Shown piece after piece: positions 46,119-56,512 of a stretch of 64,000 nucleotides of DNA; position 1 is the stretch's first letter, and every line of letters begins with the position of its first letter. The stretch comes from Bacilli bacterium (GTDB taxonomy: Bacteria > Bacillota_I > Bacilli_A > RFN20 > CAG-826). The stretch lies in contig JBMNLN010000001.1 of NCBI GenBank assembly GCA_050952725.1, positions 415,638-479,637 on the forward strand, read 5' to 3'. Both the position numbers and the translations under genes were made by a program. Under the pieces are notes generated by a model, which saw only the letters and a list, made by a program, of their open reading frames with translations, did not search any database and was not told the DNA's origin.

Positions 46119-47561
46119 TTATGCAATTCGATATGGACAATCGCCGTCCTCGTTTTCATAACTTTCACAGTCAAGGCATGTATAGGAATATAAATGTGCG
46201 CGGAACATCTTGAATTTAAAACGATGATTTTTCTTTGACGGCAATTCGGCCATGTCTTTGGCCCAAGTCACTCGGTAACGAAGTTCATCGATGGGTTCGA
46301 CTTTACAATCATCAAAGCCAAAACCTTCGTAAGGTGTATTTTCTTCGTTGGTAATCGCTACTTTGATATACGCTTTTAGCCCGATATCAGCATTGAGAAT
46401 CAGTCCTTTGCCAACGTTTAGGGGAATGGTGGTAAATCCTCCATGTGATTCTGCATAAAGAGAAGTATAACCATCCTCGCGATAAATCATTCGCCAAGTA
46501 CCAGGTTTTCCCTCGGTGCCGAAACCACCACCATTATGACCGCCTTTAAATTTTGTTAAATAGTGGATGTATTTATTGTCCTCGGCGACAAAACCAAAAC
46601 TGACATAATGCCCCATATAACCATCCGTTTCTTGATTGATTAACGGCATATTCTCGTGCGGGATGGTCCAGGTATTTAAGTCTCTAGAGAAGGCAATAAC
46701 TGGTTTTACTGTATCTTCGGTGCGATGAAAAATTGAGGGCATCATGACAAATGCCGTTTCTCCAGTTCCGGGCCAAGCCCAAAAAGGCGAAGTATAGTAA
46801 TCAGTATCTGGTTTATCATTCATGGAACCATTCAACAAAATTGTTCCTTGATTCCAATTGATAAAATCTGGACTTTCAAAAGCCACAATCGTCCGTCTAA
46901 TCAAATGATTGGAAAATTGCGCTTTGGTCATGGCCACATATTTGCCGCTTTCTTTTAAATAAATCAAACCCGGGAAAGAGTCGCCTCCTTTAAAGGCCTG
47001 ACGATAGTTTTTCCAATGAATTCCATCCGCAGAGGTCGCAGTGTAATTATCAACGCTTTCCACGACTTTACCGCTGTATTTCACTCGGGTAAAGAGCAGT
47101 TTGAAACGCTCATTTTTCGGCGCGTGCTCATCATAGTAAACAATATCTCCTTCGTCGACCCAAGGCATTCCTGGTTTCCCTTCCATGCGCACGATATTGT
47201 TTTCTTTCTTGCCTTGGAATTCCACCAAACCTAAATTGGGTTTGACCCAATTAACCCCGTCATCACTAGTTGCATAGCAAAGCATAATCCATTCGGGAGT
47301 TCGATTGATGGCCTCATACCACATATGATATTGACCATTGATTTTTATTACCGAACTCATGCCGGCTCTACCGATATCCCAAGGTTTATCAGGCTCGAGG
47401 ATTGGTGTGGACTCAAGGAAAGGTTTATGAGCGACGATTTTCACTCCATAAGGACTGCCATCTAAAGGTTGATATCCAGTTAGATCTACACCATAACCAG
47501 GATCGACTTCATACCAATCGACAAAGACGTGTTTTTTATTTTTAACAGTTTTTTTCGCCAT
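46119..47561 (-). CDS. Five-bladed beta-propeller glycoside hydrolase/phosphorylase-like protein (GH130/GH43/GH32 clan), cytoplasmic
   Basis: 480 aa with repeated W/D-rich blade motifs and no signal peptide. C-terminal Cys cluster CLDCESYENEDGDC. Family assignment uncertain. Confidence 0.4.
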   Translation of the reverse strand: MAKKTVKNKKHVFVDWYEVDPGYGVDLTGYQPLDGSPYGVKIVAHKPFLESTPILEPDKPWDIGRAGMSSVIKINGQYHMWYEAINRTPEWIMLCYATSDDGVNWVKPNLGLVEFQGKKENNIVRMEGKPGMPWVDEGDIVYYDEHAPKNERFKLLFTRVKYSGKVVESVDNYTATSADGIHWKNYRQAFKGGDSFPGLIYLKESGKYVAMTKAQFSNHLIRRTIVAFESPDFINWNQGTILLNGSMNDKPDTDYYTSPFWAWPGTGETAFVMMPSIFHRTEDTVKPVIAFSRDLNTWTIPHENMPLINQETDGYMGHYVSFGFVAEDNKYIHYLTKFKGGHNGGGFGTEGKPGTWRMIYREDGYTSLYAESHGGFTTIPLNVGKGLILNADIGLKAYIKVAITNEENTPYEGFGFDDCKVEPIDELRYRVTWAKDMAELPSKKNHRFKFKMFRAHLYSYTCLDCESYENEDGDCPYRIA

Positions 47562-47575
47562 AAGGATATCTCCAA

Positions 47576-49312
47576 TTATTTTAAATCTTGCGTAGCTTTG
47601 ATTTGATTTGCATCAACTTTGGCTTCGTGGTCGTGATCGAGCAAACCATTTACTTCCTGTTCCACATCACTGACTTGGGTGTAGCAATAACCCGCCAAAT
47701 AAGGAAGGTTTTGCAGAGATTTTATTAAAGAACAGACACGTTCGATATATTGTTTATCATTTACGACAGCTTCCCCATAGCCCCAATTTTTATCATCCAC
47801 ATTCTTTTTAAAGGCGGTGCCCCCGAATTCAGAGAAAATAATCGGCTGCCCTTGATAATGATAACCTTGAGCAAAAGCCCCTTTCCAATGCGACTGCCAA
47901 ACTTCGGTTAAAGCTTTTTCTTGGTCTTGGTAGTAGGAGAAGAGTTTATCAGCATCTTGTTCGTAATGATGAAACGTAATAATATCTGAAATTGTATGTT
48001 CCCAACCATCATTAGAGATGACAAACCGATACGGGTCATAAGCTTTGGTCAATTGATACGCACGAACCGTAAAATCTTGTATTTCTTGATTAGTTAAGAT
48101 ATCTCTAATCCCCCATGATTCATTAAAGAGGGTCCAAGTAATAACACAGGGGTGATTATAATTTTGTTTCAAGATGTGAGGTAATTCATGCATGTAGTTA
48201 TCCATCATCGCTTGCGAGAATTCATAAGCGGATGGAACTTCTACCCAGGTAATAAACCCAAGGACATCCGCCAGAAAAAGAAATCTTTCTTCCTCGATTT
48301 TCTGGTGTTTCCGGCATCCGTTAAAACCAAAAGCCTGCATTTTTTTAATATCGTCCTCTAACGCTTGAACATTGGGCGCAGTTAAGTTGGTGTGTTTCCA
48401 GTAACCTTGATCAAGGACGAGTTTTTGATAGAATTCTTGACCGTTAAGATAAACCTTAGCCTTTTTAGCATTTATGGAACGGAAACCACAATAAGAGAAA
48501 ACCTGATCGATAATTTGCCCACCTTCTTTAATGATGAACTCTAAATCGTATAAAAAAGGATGCTCAGGTGACCAAGGAGTCACCTGCTTCAAAGAAGTAG
48601 CAATTTTAATAACGTCTTTGTCGATGATTGTTTCATTAGATGCAATGAGGACATTATCCGATAAAACCCTCACCATAAATGTTTTTCCTACTGCATTATC
48701 CGTTTCGACTTCCAACTCTAAAGTTTTAGTGGTTAAATGCGGATCAATTCTCACGTGCGAGATGTAACTTAAAGGCACTTTTTCCAACCACACATCTTTA
48801 TAGATGCCAGTGGTGGGAACGTAAAAACACTCATAACTTTCATCGCGACTTCGCTGTTTGCCGCGAAGTTTTTCCTTGGAATAGTCATCTTCACATTTAA
48901 TCACTAGTAAATTGCGACCTTCATGTACAAAGTCAGTAATTTCAAGGGTGTGTCTAAAATAAGCCCCCTTGGTTTTACCGACAAGTTTTCCATTGAGGAA
49001 GATTTTACCGATGTAATCAAGTCCTTCTAGATGCAGAAGAAGCCGTTCATTCTCATTTTTAGAAATTTCAAGATATCTTTGATACCAGAGATAGTCGTGC
49101 CGAGTTTGATCGTTGACTAAAGAAGCAGCGGTTTCAAAAGTGAAAGGAACAAGAATATCTTTTTGCTTATTAAAACCATGATTGTAATTGAGGGATTCGC
49201 CCTTATTTTGATCATCAAAGGCGAAACCCCATAATCCGTTTAAAAGCACAAAATTCTCGCGGAAAAGCGATGGTCGCGGACATTTTAATCGCTTGTTGTA
49301 GAGGCTGATCAT
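47576..49312 (-). CDS. Glycoside hydrolase family 2 enzyme (beta-mannosidase/beta-galactosidase type), cytoplasmic
   Basis: GH2 sugar-binding, Ig-like and TIM-barrel order. Acid/base region NHPCVITWTLFNESWG. 578 aa. Confidence 0.75.
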   Translation of the reverse strand: MISLYNKRLKCPRPSLFRENFVLLNGLWGFAFDDQNKGESLNYNHGFNKQKDILVPFTFETAASLVNDQTRHDYLWYQRYLEISKNENERLLLHLEGLDYIGKIFLNGKLVGKTKGAYFRHTLEITDFVHEGRNLLVIKCEDDYSKEKLRGKQRSRDESYECFYVPTTGIYKDVWLEKVPLSYISHVRIDPHLTTKTLELEVETDNAVGKTFMVRVLSDNVLIASNETIIDKDVIKIATSLKQVTPWSPEHPFLYDLEFIIKEGGQIIDQVFSYCGFRSINAKKAKVYLNGQEFYQKLVLDQGYWKHTNLTAPNVQALEDDIKKMQAFGFNGCRKHQKIEEERFLFLADVLGFITWVEVPSAYEFSQAMMDNYMHELPHILKQNYNHPCVITWTLFNESWGIRDILTNQEIQDFTVRAYQLTKAYDPYRFVISNDGWEHTISDIITFHHYEQDADKLFSYYQDQEKALTEVWQSHWKGAFAQGYHYQGQPIIFSEFGGTAFKKNVDDKNWGYGEAVVNDKQYIERVCSLIKSLQNLPYLAGYCYTQVSDVEQEVNGLLDHDHEAKVDANQIKATQDLK

Positions 49313-51081
49313 AAGACGATATCCTCAAAGAGAGGATTGCTTTGAATTTCAGCAATCGCTGCCTCATCATAAAGTTCTTTCAAACCGATAATTTGGGTCG
49401 AAGCTGCCGCCCATGACCCCATATAAACGCCAAACATATACGAATCACCTTCATGAAAGCGCGGTTGCAGGGTTGCAGGATCTTTCGGCATGAAGAAAGT
49501 TGTATCAGTATAGAACACGGTCACTAACACCTCATCGATATAGACATAGAAACAATCGTTAGCAAGAACCACGGTTAAATCGCGATCTTGATCGTTGATT
49601 AAGGTCGGATTATCATCTTTGGCCACCTTATCATAGTAAAGAGCTTCACATTGTGGCGCGTCGCTAATTTCGGCAGCCCGGGCATAGGCGTGTTGATCGA
49701 TATTGTTGGAAGTTTTTAAACCTTTGACATGAAGACCGATATCCATGGCTACCCAATCACCAGGTTTTCTTAATCCGACCGTATGGCCTTCAGGTAAGGT
49801 AGTCCCATTGGTAAAAGTAATTCCGCCACAGGGTTGACTCCCACCAAGGGTGATGATTTCTTTGGGAACTCGAACTGAGAAAACAGCGGTGGTCGCAAAA
49901 GTCCCACACATTAAATAGCCATAAGGAACCGAGTTATCCAATTGTTTGGTAAGTTGGTAAACCCCATTGGTTCGCCGCATAAAGCTGCAAATCCGCGATG
50001 AAACCCGATAGCAAACCCGAAGTTCGAGTTCGCCATCATTAACTCCAGTAACCATTGAGTCGGAGGCGGCATATTCATAATCATCTTTATAACCATCCAC
50101 GGGAAGATTGGCGTCACTGGGGAGATTTTTCTCTTCCTCTGACAAGGTGATCACATCATAAAAGTCTGCAGTTAAACCCGTAATCTGCTTAATCAGTTGA
50201 TAATTGGCGTCGGCATCCATCGCGTAGTATGAAATGGTATAGGTCGGATTAGAGATGAAGTATAAACGAAAGACCGCTTCATCATTAGCCCGCGCATAAC
50301 CTTCGGTGTTGCTTTTTAATTTCATAAAGACATAACCAGGTTTGTCGGGCACAGTGATTTCAATTTTTGCATTGTAGGTTGCCATTTTGGTTTCGCGACT
50401 AACTAAAACCTCATCGAGATAAGTTTCAATGTAATATTTGACGTTTTCCGCTGTAGTCGCGTAAGAAGTAATCAATGCGCCCGCGGCTTCGCGCACTTCA
50501 GCAGTGAGAAATTCATTATCCACGGTTTCTTCCGCTAAATTAATTAAGGAAGTGGAGTTGTGATTGGCTTGGGCGAGGCGATGGACGTTAACCCCAAATA
50601 AATTAGCTTTGATAAAGGAAATGCCAGTGTATTCTAAATCGACTGCCCCGTATAACCGCACATCAAATTTGCCATTTACTTCGACATTATGCGCGGTTAG
50701 TTTGGTGAGCGAATCCACGCTATAAATTGTTACTTTTCCCGTCTCGGTTTGATTAATCACATAAGTTGGATTACTTCCAAAGACCGATTCGACCGTTACT
50801 TCGCCATATTCGGCGACATAATAGGTGGGGAAAACCAGCGTTCCCAAGGAGATATTTTGATATTTTTGTTTAATTTGTTCGTATTCTCTTCTTAGCATAT
50901 AGCCGTGGAATGAAAGTTCTTGCTCGGCAGTAAAGCGCACTCCCTTTTCCATGACAAATTCGCAGTCATAGAAACTATCGTAATTTTCATCGATGACGGC
51001 AACTGCATTTCGCGGTCCACTTGTGGCCATAGAAGTAAGTAGAAGACCCGAAACCAAGATGGTCAAAGCAATCTTTTTCAT
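49309..51081 (-). CDS. Secreted 590-aa protein, unknown function
   Basis: Signal peptide without lipobox Cys (MKKIALTILVSGLLLTSMATSG). Overlaps the GH2 start. Confidence 0.5.
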   Translation of the reverse strand: MKKIALTILVSGLLLTSMATSGPRNAVAVIDENYDSFYDCEFVMEKGVRFTAEQELSFHGYMLRREYEQIKQKYQNISLGTLVFPTYYVAEYGEVTVESVFGSNPTYVINQTETGKVTIYSVDSLTKLTAHNVEVNGKFDVRLYGAVDLEYTGISFIKANLFGVNVHRLAQANHNSTSLINLAEETVDNEFLTAEVREAAGALITSYATTAENVKYYIETYLDEVLVSRETKMATYNAKIEITVPDKPGYVFMKLKSNTEGYARANDEAVFRLYFISNPTYTISYYAMDADANYQLIKQITGLTADFYDVITLSEEEKNLPSDANLPVDGYKDDYEYAASDSMVTGVNDGELELRVCYRVSSRICSFMRRTNGVYQLTKQLDNSVPYGYLMCGTFATTAVFSVRVPKEIITLGGSQPCGGITFTNGTTLPEGHTVGLRKPGDWVAMDIGLHVKGLKTSNNIDQHAYARAAEISDAPQCEALYYDKVAKDDNPTLINDQDRDLTVVLANDCFYVYIDEVLVTVFYTDTTFFMPKDPATLQPRFHEGDSYMFGVYMGSWAAASTQIIGLKELYDEAAIAEIQSNPLFEDIVL

Positions 51082-51082
51082 A

Positions 51083-53677
51083 TTAAATCACCTCCGGATA
51101 AAGGGCGCTAAAATCGGATAGGAATTGTAAAGCCTCATGGTTGTAGAACTCTTTGACGATTTTGGCTTTAATGCCAGAACTTTGGTTGTTGGTGAAGTTA
51201 ACCCCAAACATCACGGGGAGATCATTGGCGAATGAATACTCGTAAGAGGTACCATCTTGATCTTTAAAACTATAGAGGAAGCGATTGGAATTAAGAGCCT
51301 CGCTATACATGAAAGCGCCGTCAAGATAGTAGTATAGCACGTTATCTTTTAAGATGACCGTGAATTCACGTGTATGCGGGTTAGTTCCACCAATTGCGGC
51401 CTCAGCGGTGAATTTGTGGGTAATGAAATCCAGTGGACCGAGGTTAGTTTGAAGGCCGGTGTGCGACATCCCGACGTGAACTCCATAATACTCGTTGCCA
51501 GGATTATTGTATGGCCGAACCATGTTATTGTTAAATGGTTCAACGATTCCTGTGATGTCACTAGACATTAAATCGCCTTGTGTCATGATGACGCCGACGT
51601 TATAACTCCATCCGGGATAACCCCAAGAGCCAATTTCTGAGGCGGATTCAATTTCAACCGAATAGATCGCAGTATTGGCAAAAGTTCCGCTATATTCATA
51701 GCCGCTATGCTTGAAGTTGTTCGCCCTCGAATAGTAGACATATCCACCATCTTCAAACACCTTATCGATATTGAGATTCATACATAGGTTCGGTGCGGTA
51801 AATGGATCGAGTTCAATGCGCGCCCCCGCATCAGCAGGGACCTCAACTTGCCCGACAAGAATCGGGAAATTAGATTGTTCGATATAGAGATCATAGACGC
51901 CGCTGACTACTAACTGCTTACCACCAATTTCGTAGGTGCCAGCTTTTGGAAGAACCATCACCACCCCACCAGCTGATCCAGTCATACTCGAGAAATAGAG
52001 GCGTTTATCGTTTCCTTTAAACGAGAACTTCGCGTTAGAAATCGGTAACCCCGTTTTTTCATCGACAATCGAGGTAAGGATGCGTGAAGTCGCAGGGGGT
52101 AATTGTTCAAACTTCACATTGATGATGAGTTTTTCGGTGACATTTGCGATGAAAAGTTGACCATCGATGACATTATTTAAATAGTAATCCAAATTAACTA
52201 CTTCACCATTACGGGTGATAATTTGACCACTTGCATCGGTGACATAGAAGTCTGACAAGATGTTCCCGCTAATTGGAGCGACGGTCACAGTGGTCCCCTT
52301 ACCCGAGACGACTGCGCTCGGCGTCGCAACGGCGGTGCCATCACCAGTGACTTCGACCTTAATCGGATAGGCATGTTTCATGATTTCCTGTTCTAGACCT
52401 TCATCATCACCTTCGTAATCGATCGCGTAATAATCAAAATAGAGCGCTTCGCAGCCCAAAGTATAAAGACCAGGGCAACTACCGCCTTCCCCAAAGTGAG
52501 CGATGTTTTCCGAACCTAGATAATTATCATTGATAATGTAATGGAAAGTTAGACCATCGCGAATCACTTTCATGGTGATGATTTGGTAACCGGGGTTGGT
52601 CACCGAAAAGAGTGTCTTATCAACCCAACCGGCGCGTCCATTATTATCAAGGCTTAAATGGTGAACAGCCCATGAGGGGGAATTATTGAGTACATCAACC
52701 CCTGTGATGTGGAAGGTATCAAAAATAATTTCATTTTGGGCGTTGCAGACCCCCGCACTTGGATAAGTGTCATGAATCCCCCCGATAATCTTCATCTTTG
52801 TTTCAAACACGTATTGGGTCGAATAGATATCTTTAAAGAAAATCGCTTGGGAGTGCGGGCCATCGGAAGTCACTGAGCCGATATCGAGTTTGGAAAGGTC
52901 CCAACCATCCGATTTGGAGATTCCATTTTTGGCGTTGCCAAGAATCGCCCCAGGAAGATCGGCATTAATATATCCATCTGGTCCAAAGCGCCCACTGGTG
53001 TTGTGGCGCCCGTTATCTTCAAAGAAGAAGAGCGGACGAACCCAGTCATTAGCAGCACTTTTGGCCGCTTCCACATAGCGATAATGCGGGTTGACGCGGA
53101 TGACATCGGGATAATCTTGGCCCGCGGGAATCTCGACATGAAGTTCATCCCACGACATAAAGAACTCCACCGTCATCACCGATGCCCCTTGACCAATCGG
53201 CTGATCGGTGACAGCCTTGGCGACAAAGCGGTTTAAATTTCGTGACACGGCGTTATAGGGATCGACAAAAATATTAAAAACTTCGGTCGAGTGGGTATAC
53301 ACTTGGTCAACTTGTTTAATATTGAACCAAAAACTTGAATTATTTTGGAAAAAGAGACGAGAAAACCATTTAATTCCAGGATCTCTGGCAATCCCCGCCA
53401 GATAAAACCCGCGCTTCGTGAAATAAGAGGTAAAGGATAATGAAATCCCCTTATCGGTATGGTGCAACCATTTCCGATTTTGCCAAACAGGTTCATCTAG
53501 ATAACCATCGATTAACATATAGGGATCATATTCATCGACGTTTTCCGGTTCATAAACCCATCCGTATTCGTGATCATTTTCCACCAGAAGCAAATTGTCT
53601 TTGCTGGTGCATCCTCCTAAAGCGGTGAGTGCCAACAAGCACGTTAGTGAAAGAAATAGAGTTTTGGTCTTTTTCAT
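51083..53677 (-). CDS. Surface lipoprotein, 864 aa, unknown function
   Basis: Lipobox LTALGGC. No catalytic motif recognised. Confidence 0.55.
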   Translation of the reverse strand: MKKTKTLFLSLTCLLALTALGGCTSKDNLLLVENDHEYGWVYEPENVDEYDPYMLIDGYLDEPVWQNRKWLHHTDKGISLSFTSYFTKRGFYLAGIARDPGIKWFSRLFFQNNSSFWFNIKQVDQVYTHSTEVFNIFVDPYNAVSRNLNRFVAKAVTDQPIGQGASVMTVEFFMSWDELHVEIPAGQDYPDVIRVNPHYRYVEAAKSAANDWVRPLFFFEDNGRHNTSGRFGPDGYINADLPGAILGNAKNGISKSDGWDLSKLDIGSVTSDGPHSQAIFFKDIYSTQYVFETKMKIIGGIHDTYPSAGVCNAQNEIIFDTFHITGVDVLNNSPSWAVHHLSLDNNGRAGWVDKTLFSVTNPGYQIITMKVIRDGLTFHYIINDNYLGSENIAHFGEGGSCPGLYTLGCEALYFDYYAIDYEGDDEGLEQEIMKHAYPIKVEVTGDGTAVATPSAVVSGKGTTVTVAPISGNILSDFYVTDASGQIITRNGEVVNLDYYLNNVIDGQLFIANVTEKLIINVKFEQLPPATSRILTSIVDEKTGLPISNAKFSFKGNDKRLYFSSMTGSAGGVVMVLPKAGTYEIGGKQLVVSGVYDLYIEQSNFPILVGQVEVPADAGARIELDPFTAPNLCMNLNIDKVFEDGGYVYYSRANNFKHSGYEYSGTFANTAIYSVEIESASEIGSWGYPGWSYNVGVIMTQGDLMSSDITGIVEPFNNNMVRPYNNPGNEYYGVHVGMSHTGLQTNLGPLDFITHKFTAEAAIGGTNPHTREFTVILKDNVLYYYLDGAFMYSEALNSNRFLYSFKDQDGTSYEYSFANDLPVMFGVNFTNNQSSGIKAKIVKEFYNHEALQFLSDFSALYPEVI

Positions 53678-53685
53678 AATCTCAC

Positions 53686-55638
53686 CTACTTTCCTAACAC
53701 CCAGATATCAGAAATTTTGATATCGGTTCTCGCGGTTGAATATTTACCGGATACTTTGATTTTGATGAAGTTAACAGTGATATCATCAAATGACGCTAAG
53801 CAGGATCCACCAGGACGCATGCTGTTTTGTCCCGTGATAAAATCACTGGAGAATTCGATATTCGAAACGCGGGCGCGGTTTACCAAGGCATCGCCTTGAT
53901 ACCAACTCGGCGGTTCAGCCAGCCCAAATTCGATATAATCAAGTTTTTTAAAGGCGTAATTGTAATCATAGGAGTTATAGACCATCACCGCGCCAACTGT
54001 CTGCGGTTCGTCAAAAGCAATTGTAATGATTGTGTCATTGCTCACTTGCGTTTCCCAATTTTTGTAATATTCGTGGGAAACAAACATCCCATCATTGATA
54101 TAATCCTTACCCGAGACGAGATTAGTGAGAGTGAAAGTACCCTTCGGGGCTACATTGCGATAACCTGAAACATCGGCCAGTTTAGGCTGGCACGATTTAG
54201 TCGGCCCGTTACCATACATCAGTTTTCCATATTCGGTATCAACAAGGAACAAACGGTCAAAAGCACCAACTCGGCCCGCACCTTGTTGAACTTCGCCTCT
54301 CCAAGGGGTGTTTGAGGTATCAAGGGGATCGCCTTGCACCCAGTAGTAACAGAAGAGCTCATCACCTGAAGGGGATTTCACAAAGGCCGAATGCCCTGTC
54401 CCTGTCATAAAGTCATTGTTATCATTAGCGCCAATGACTGCTGAAGGCCGTAGTGGTGGTTTAGTGAAAGGACCTAAAGGATGAGTGCCGTAACTTTGTG
54501 AAGTGTCATAAAAAACATCGTTATAGCCCCGTGCGGAATACATCAGAAGGTAACGATTATTGGCCACCTTATAGACATAAGGCGCTTCGTTACCGCCACC
54601 TTCCCACTTATAACCTTCAGCGGTAATTTTACCAGTGTCGAAAGGGGCGTTAAAATCATCTTCACAATGATAAGCCTCATATGACCAGCGCTGATCAGCC
54701 CAATTAGCTTTTTTGGTCACTTGTTTGCAATTGGGATAAAGGAGCATCGTTAAAGTATCGTAATCGGGGGTAATCATATCTTTCATTTTCATCCCCCAGA
54801 TAGAAACGATGGAGTTTCCCGTGCAAACGTGGCGCGCAAAATAAAGGTAGAGATCGCCATTTTCATCAAAGAAAGGCGAAGCATCAATCACCCCGAATAA
54901 TTCTCCAGAGTTAAAGTGATATTTGATATTAATTTGCGGATTTAAAGTAGTGACGATTTCACCATTTGGATTGGCTTGGTTGGGGTCACCATAATAATTT
55001 GCACTTGTGGCGACACGGAAAGGTCCTACCGGAGTATCGGATACGAGAATACAAAGGTAGAAGCGATCGTAGTTATTTCCGGTGTTCCCCTCGTAATGAT
55101 AAGTCGCGTATTCGGCACTGGTGGAGCCATCGATATAATGCGGATTGATTTTCGAAGAGGCGTTATAATACATAAAATACTTTTCGCTGACTGGGTCATA
55201 GATGACTTCAGGCGCCCAAGTCGCTGTTGTACACCAATCGGTTTCCTTATCGATGTAAGCGGCAAAACCATTATTAACCGCTCCGACTAATTCCCAGTCA
55301 TTTAAGTCTTTCGACCTGACGACAGGAATCGTCGCATAATAGGTTCCATAGTCTTGAGCGTACATATTATCGTTTCCAGAATGATAGAGATAATAGTAAC
55401 CGCCATAAACCGGATCCTGTTCCTCGCTGACGTAGATTACCCCAGCATCCCCGCCAAAATTTTTCAAATCATTGCGATAGAAGAACTTGGAGTCGTAAGG
55501 ATCGTTCATCGAGTTGTTGGTAAAGGCCGACATCTCAAGGTACTCTTTGGTGAGTTTTTGGGTAATCGCCCGATTGTCGACACAGGCGCTTAATGCCAAA
55601 ATAGCAATCGCAGTTAGAGAAAAAAACTTTTTATCCAT
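53686..55638 (-). CDS. GH43-like surface lipoprotein with C-terminal accessory domain
   Basis: Lipobox ILALSAC. GH43 blade motifs (WAPEVIYDPVSEKYFMYYNASS; DASPFFDENGDLYLYF). 650 aa. Confidence 0.65.
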   Translation of the reverse strand: MDKKFFSLTAIAILALSACVDNRAITQKLTKEYLEMSAFTNNSMNDPYDSKFFYRNDLKNFGGDAGVIYVSEEQDPVYGGYYYLYHSGNDNMYAQDYGTYYATIPVVRSKDLNDWELVGAVNNGFAAYIDKETDWCTTATWAPEVIYDPVSEKYFMYYNASSKINPHYIDGSTSAEYATYHYEGNTGNNYDRFYLCILVSDTPVGPFRVATSANYYGDPNQANPNGEIVTTLNPQINIKYHFNSGELFGVIDASPFFDENGDLYLYFARHVCTGNSIVSIWGMKMKDMITPDYDTLTMLLYPNCKQVTKKANWADQRWSYEAYHCEDDFNAPFDTGKITAEGYKWEGGGNEAPYVYKVANNRYLLMYSARGYNDVFYDTSQSYGTHPLGPFTKPPLRPSAVIGANDNNDFMTGTGHSAFVKSPSGDELFCYYWVQGDPLDTSNTPWRGEVQQGAGRVGAFDRLFLVDTEYGKLMYGNGPTKSCQPKLADVSGYRNVAPKGTFTLTNLVSGKDYINDGMFVSHEYYKNWETQVSNDTIITIAFDEPQTVGAVMVYNSYDYNYAFKKLDYIEFGLAEPPSWYQGDALVNRARVSNIEFSSDFITGQNSMRPGGSCLASFDDITVNFIKIKVSGKYSTARTDIKISDIWVLGK

Positions 55639-55642
55639 ATGT

Positions 55643-56512
55643 TTACCCTTTTAGCCCACTGGTGATGGCTAATCCTTTCGTAAGCAATTTTTGTGAACAA
55701 ATATAGAGAATAATTAACGGGCTCATCCCCACCACACATCCCGCCATTAAAGCGGGATAGTTTTGCGCATAAGGCCCCCTTAGCATTGTCAAGGCAATTT
55801 GTAAGGTGTAATATCGATCGTTTTGGGCGAAAATCAAAGCCCCCATGTAATCATTATAAGAAGTGATAAACATCAAGATGAATTGAGTCAATAAAGCGGG
55901 AATGGAGATTTTAATCATCAAGCGATTAAAAATTCCCAACGGAGTTAAACCATCAATCTTGGCTTGATCGATCAAATCGTTTGGAATCGTTAAGTAATAT
56001 TGCCTTAAGAAGAAGACCGCGGAAATATTACCAAACATCGGTGGAATCATCAGAGGCAGCGGAGTTCCCATCCATCCCAAGGCGTCAAAGATAATCACTT
56101 GAGCGATAATCGCCAATGTATTCGGCAGCATCAAGGTAAACATCAACACCGAAAACATGAATTTCTTCGATCTGAACTTCAGTTTGGCAAAGGCGAAAGC
56201 CGACATGGCTGACATATAGAGACCAACGATAATCCCGGGAGTGTAAATCCAAAGCGTATTCGCTAAACTGCGAAAGATATTAACTCCTGTAGTATTTTTA
56301 AAAACCGTCATATAGCCCTGAGTGGAGAAACCAAGCGAGGGCCACAGGCGAAAAGTGGCCAAATTGGCCTCTTGTTCGGTCATAAACGAGGTTAAAAGCA
56401 AAATATAAAAAGGAAAGAGAACATATAAAATTGCGATGATGACTAAAACATAATCAATCACGCGCGGGCGCTCAACTAAATTGGTGCGAAATTTTCTCAT
56501 AGGGGCATCCAT
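55643..56512 (-). CDS. Carbohydrate ABC transporter permease (MalG-like)
   Basis: 289 aa, 6 TM, EAA loop (DQAKIDGLTPLGIFNRLMIKISIPAL). Confidence 0.8.
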   Translation of the reverse strand: MDAPMRKFRTNLVERPRVIDYVLVIIAILYVLFPFYILLLTSFMTEQEANLATFRLWPSLGFSTQGYMTVFKNTTGVNIFRSLANTLWIYTPGIIVGLYMSAMSAFAFAKLKFRSKKFMFSVLMFTLMLPNTLAIIAQVIIFDALGWMGTPLPLMIPPMFGNISAVFFLRQYYLTIPNDLIDQAKIDGLTPLGIFNRLMIKISIPALLTQFILMFITSYNDYMGALIFAQNDRYYTLQIALTMLRGPYAQNYPALMAGCVVGMSPLIILYICSQKLLTKGLAITSGLKG

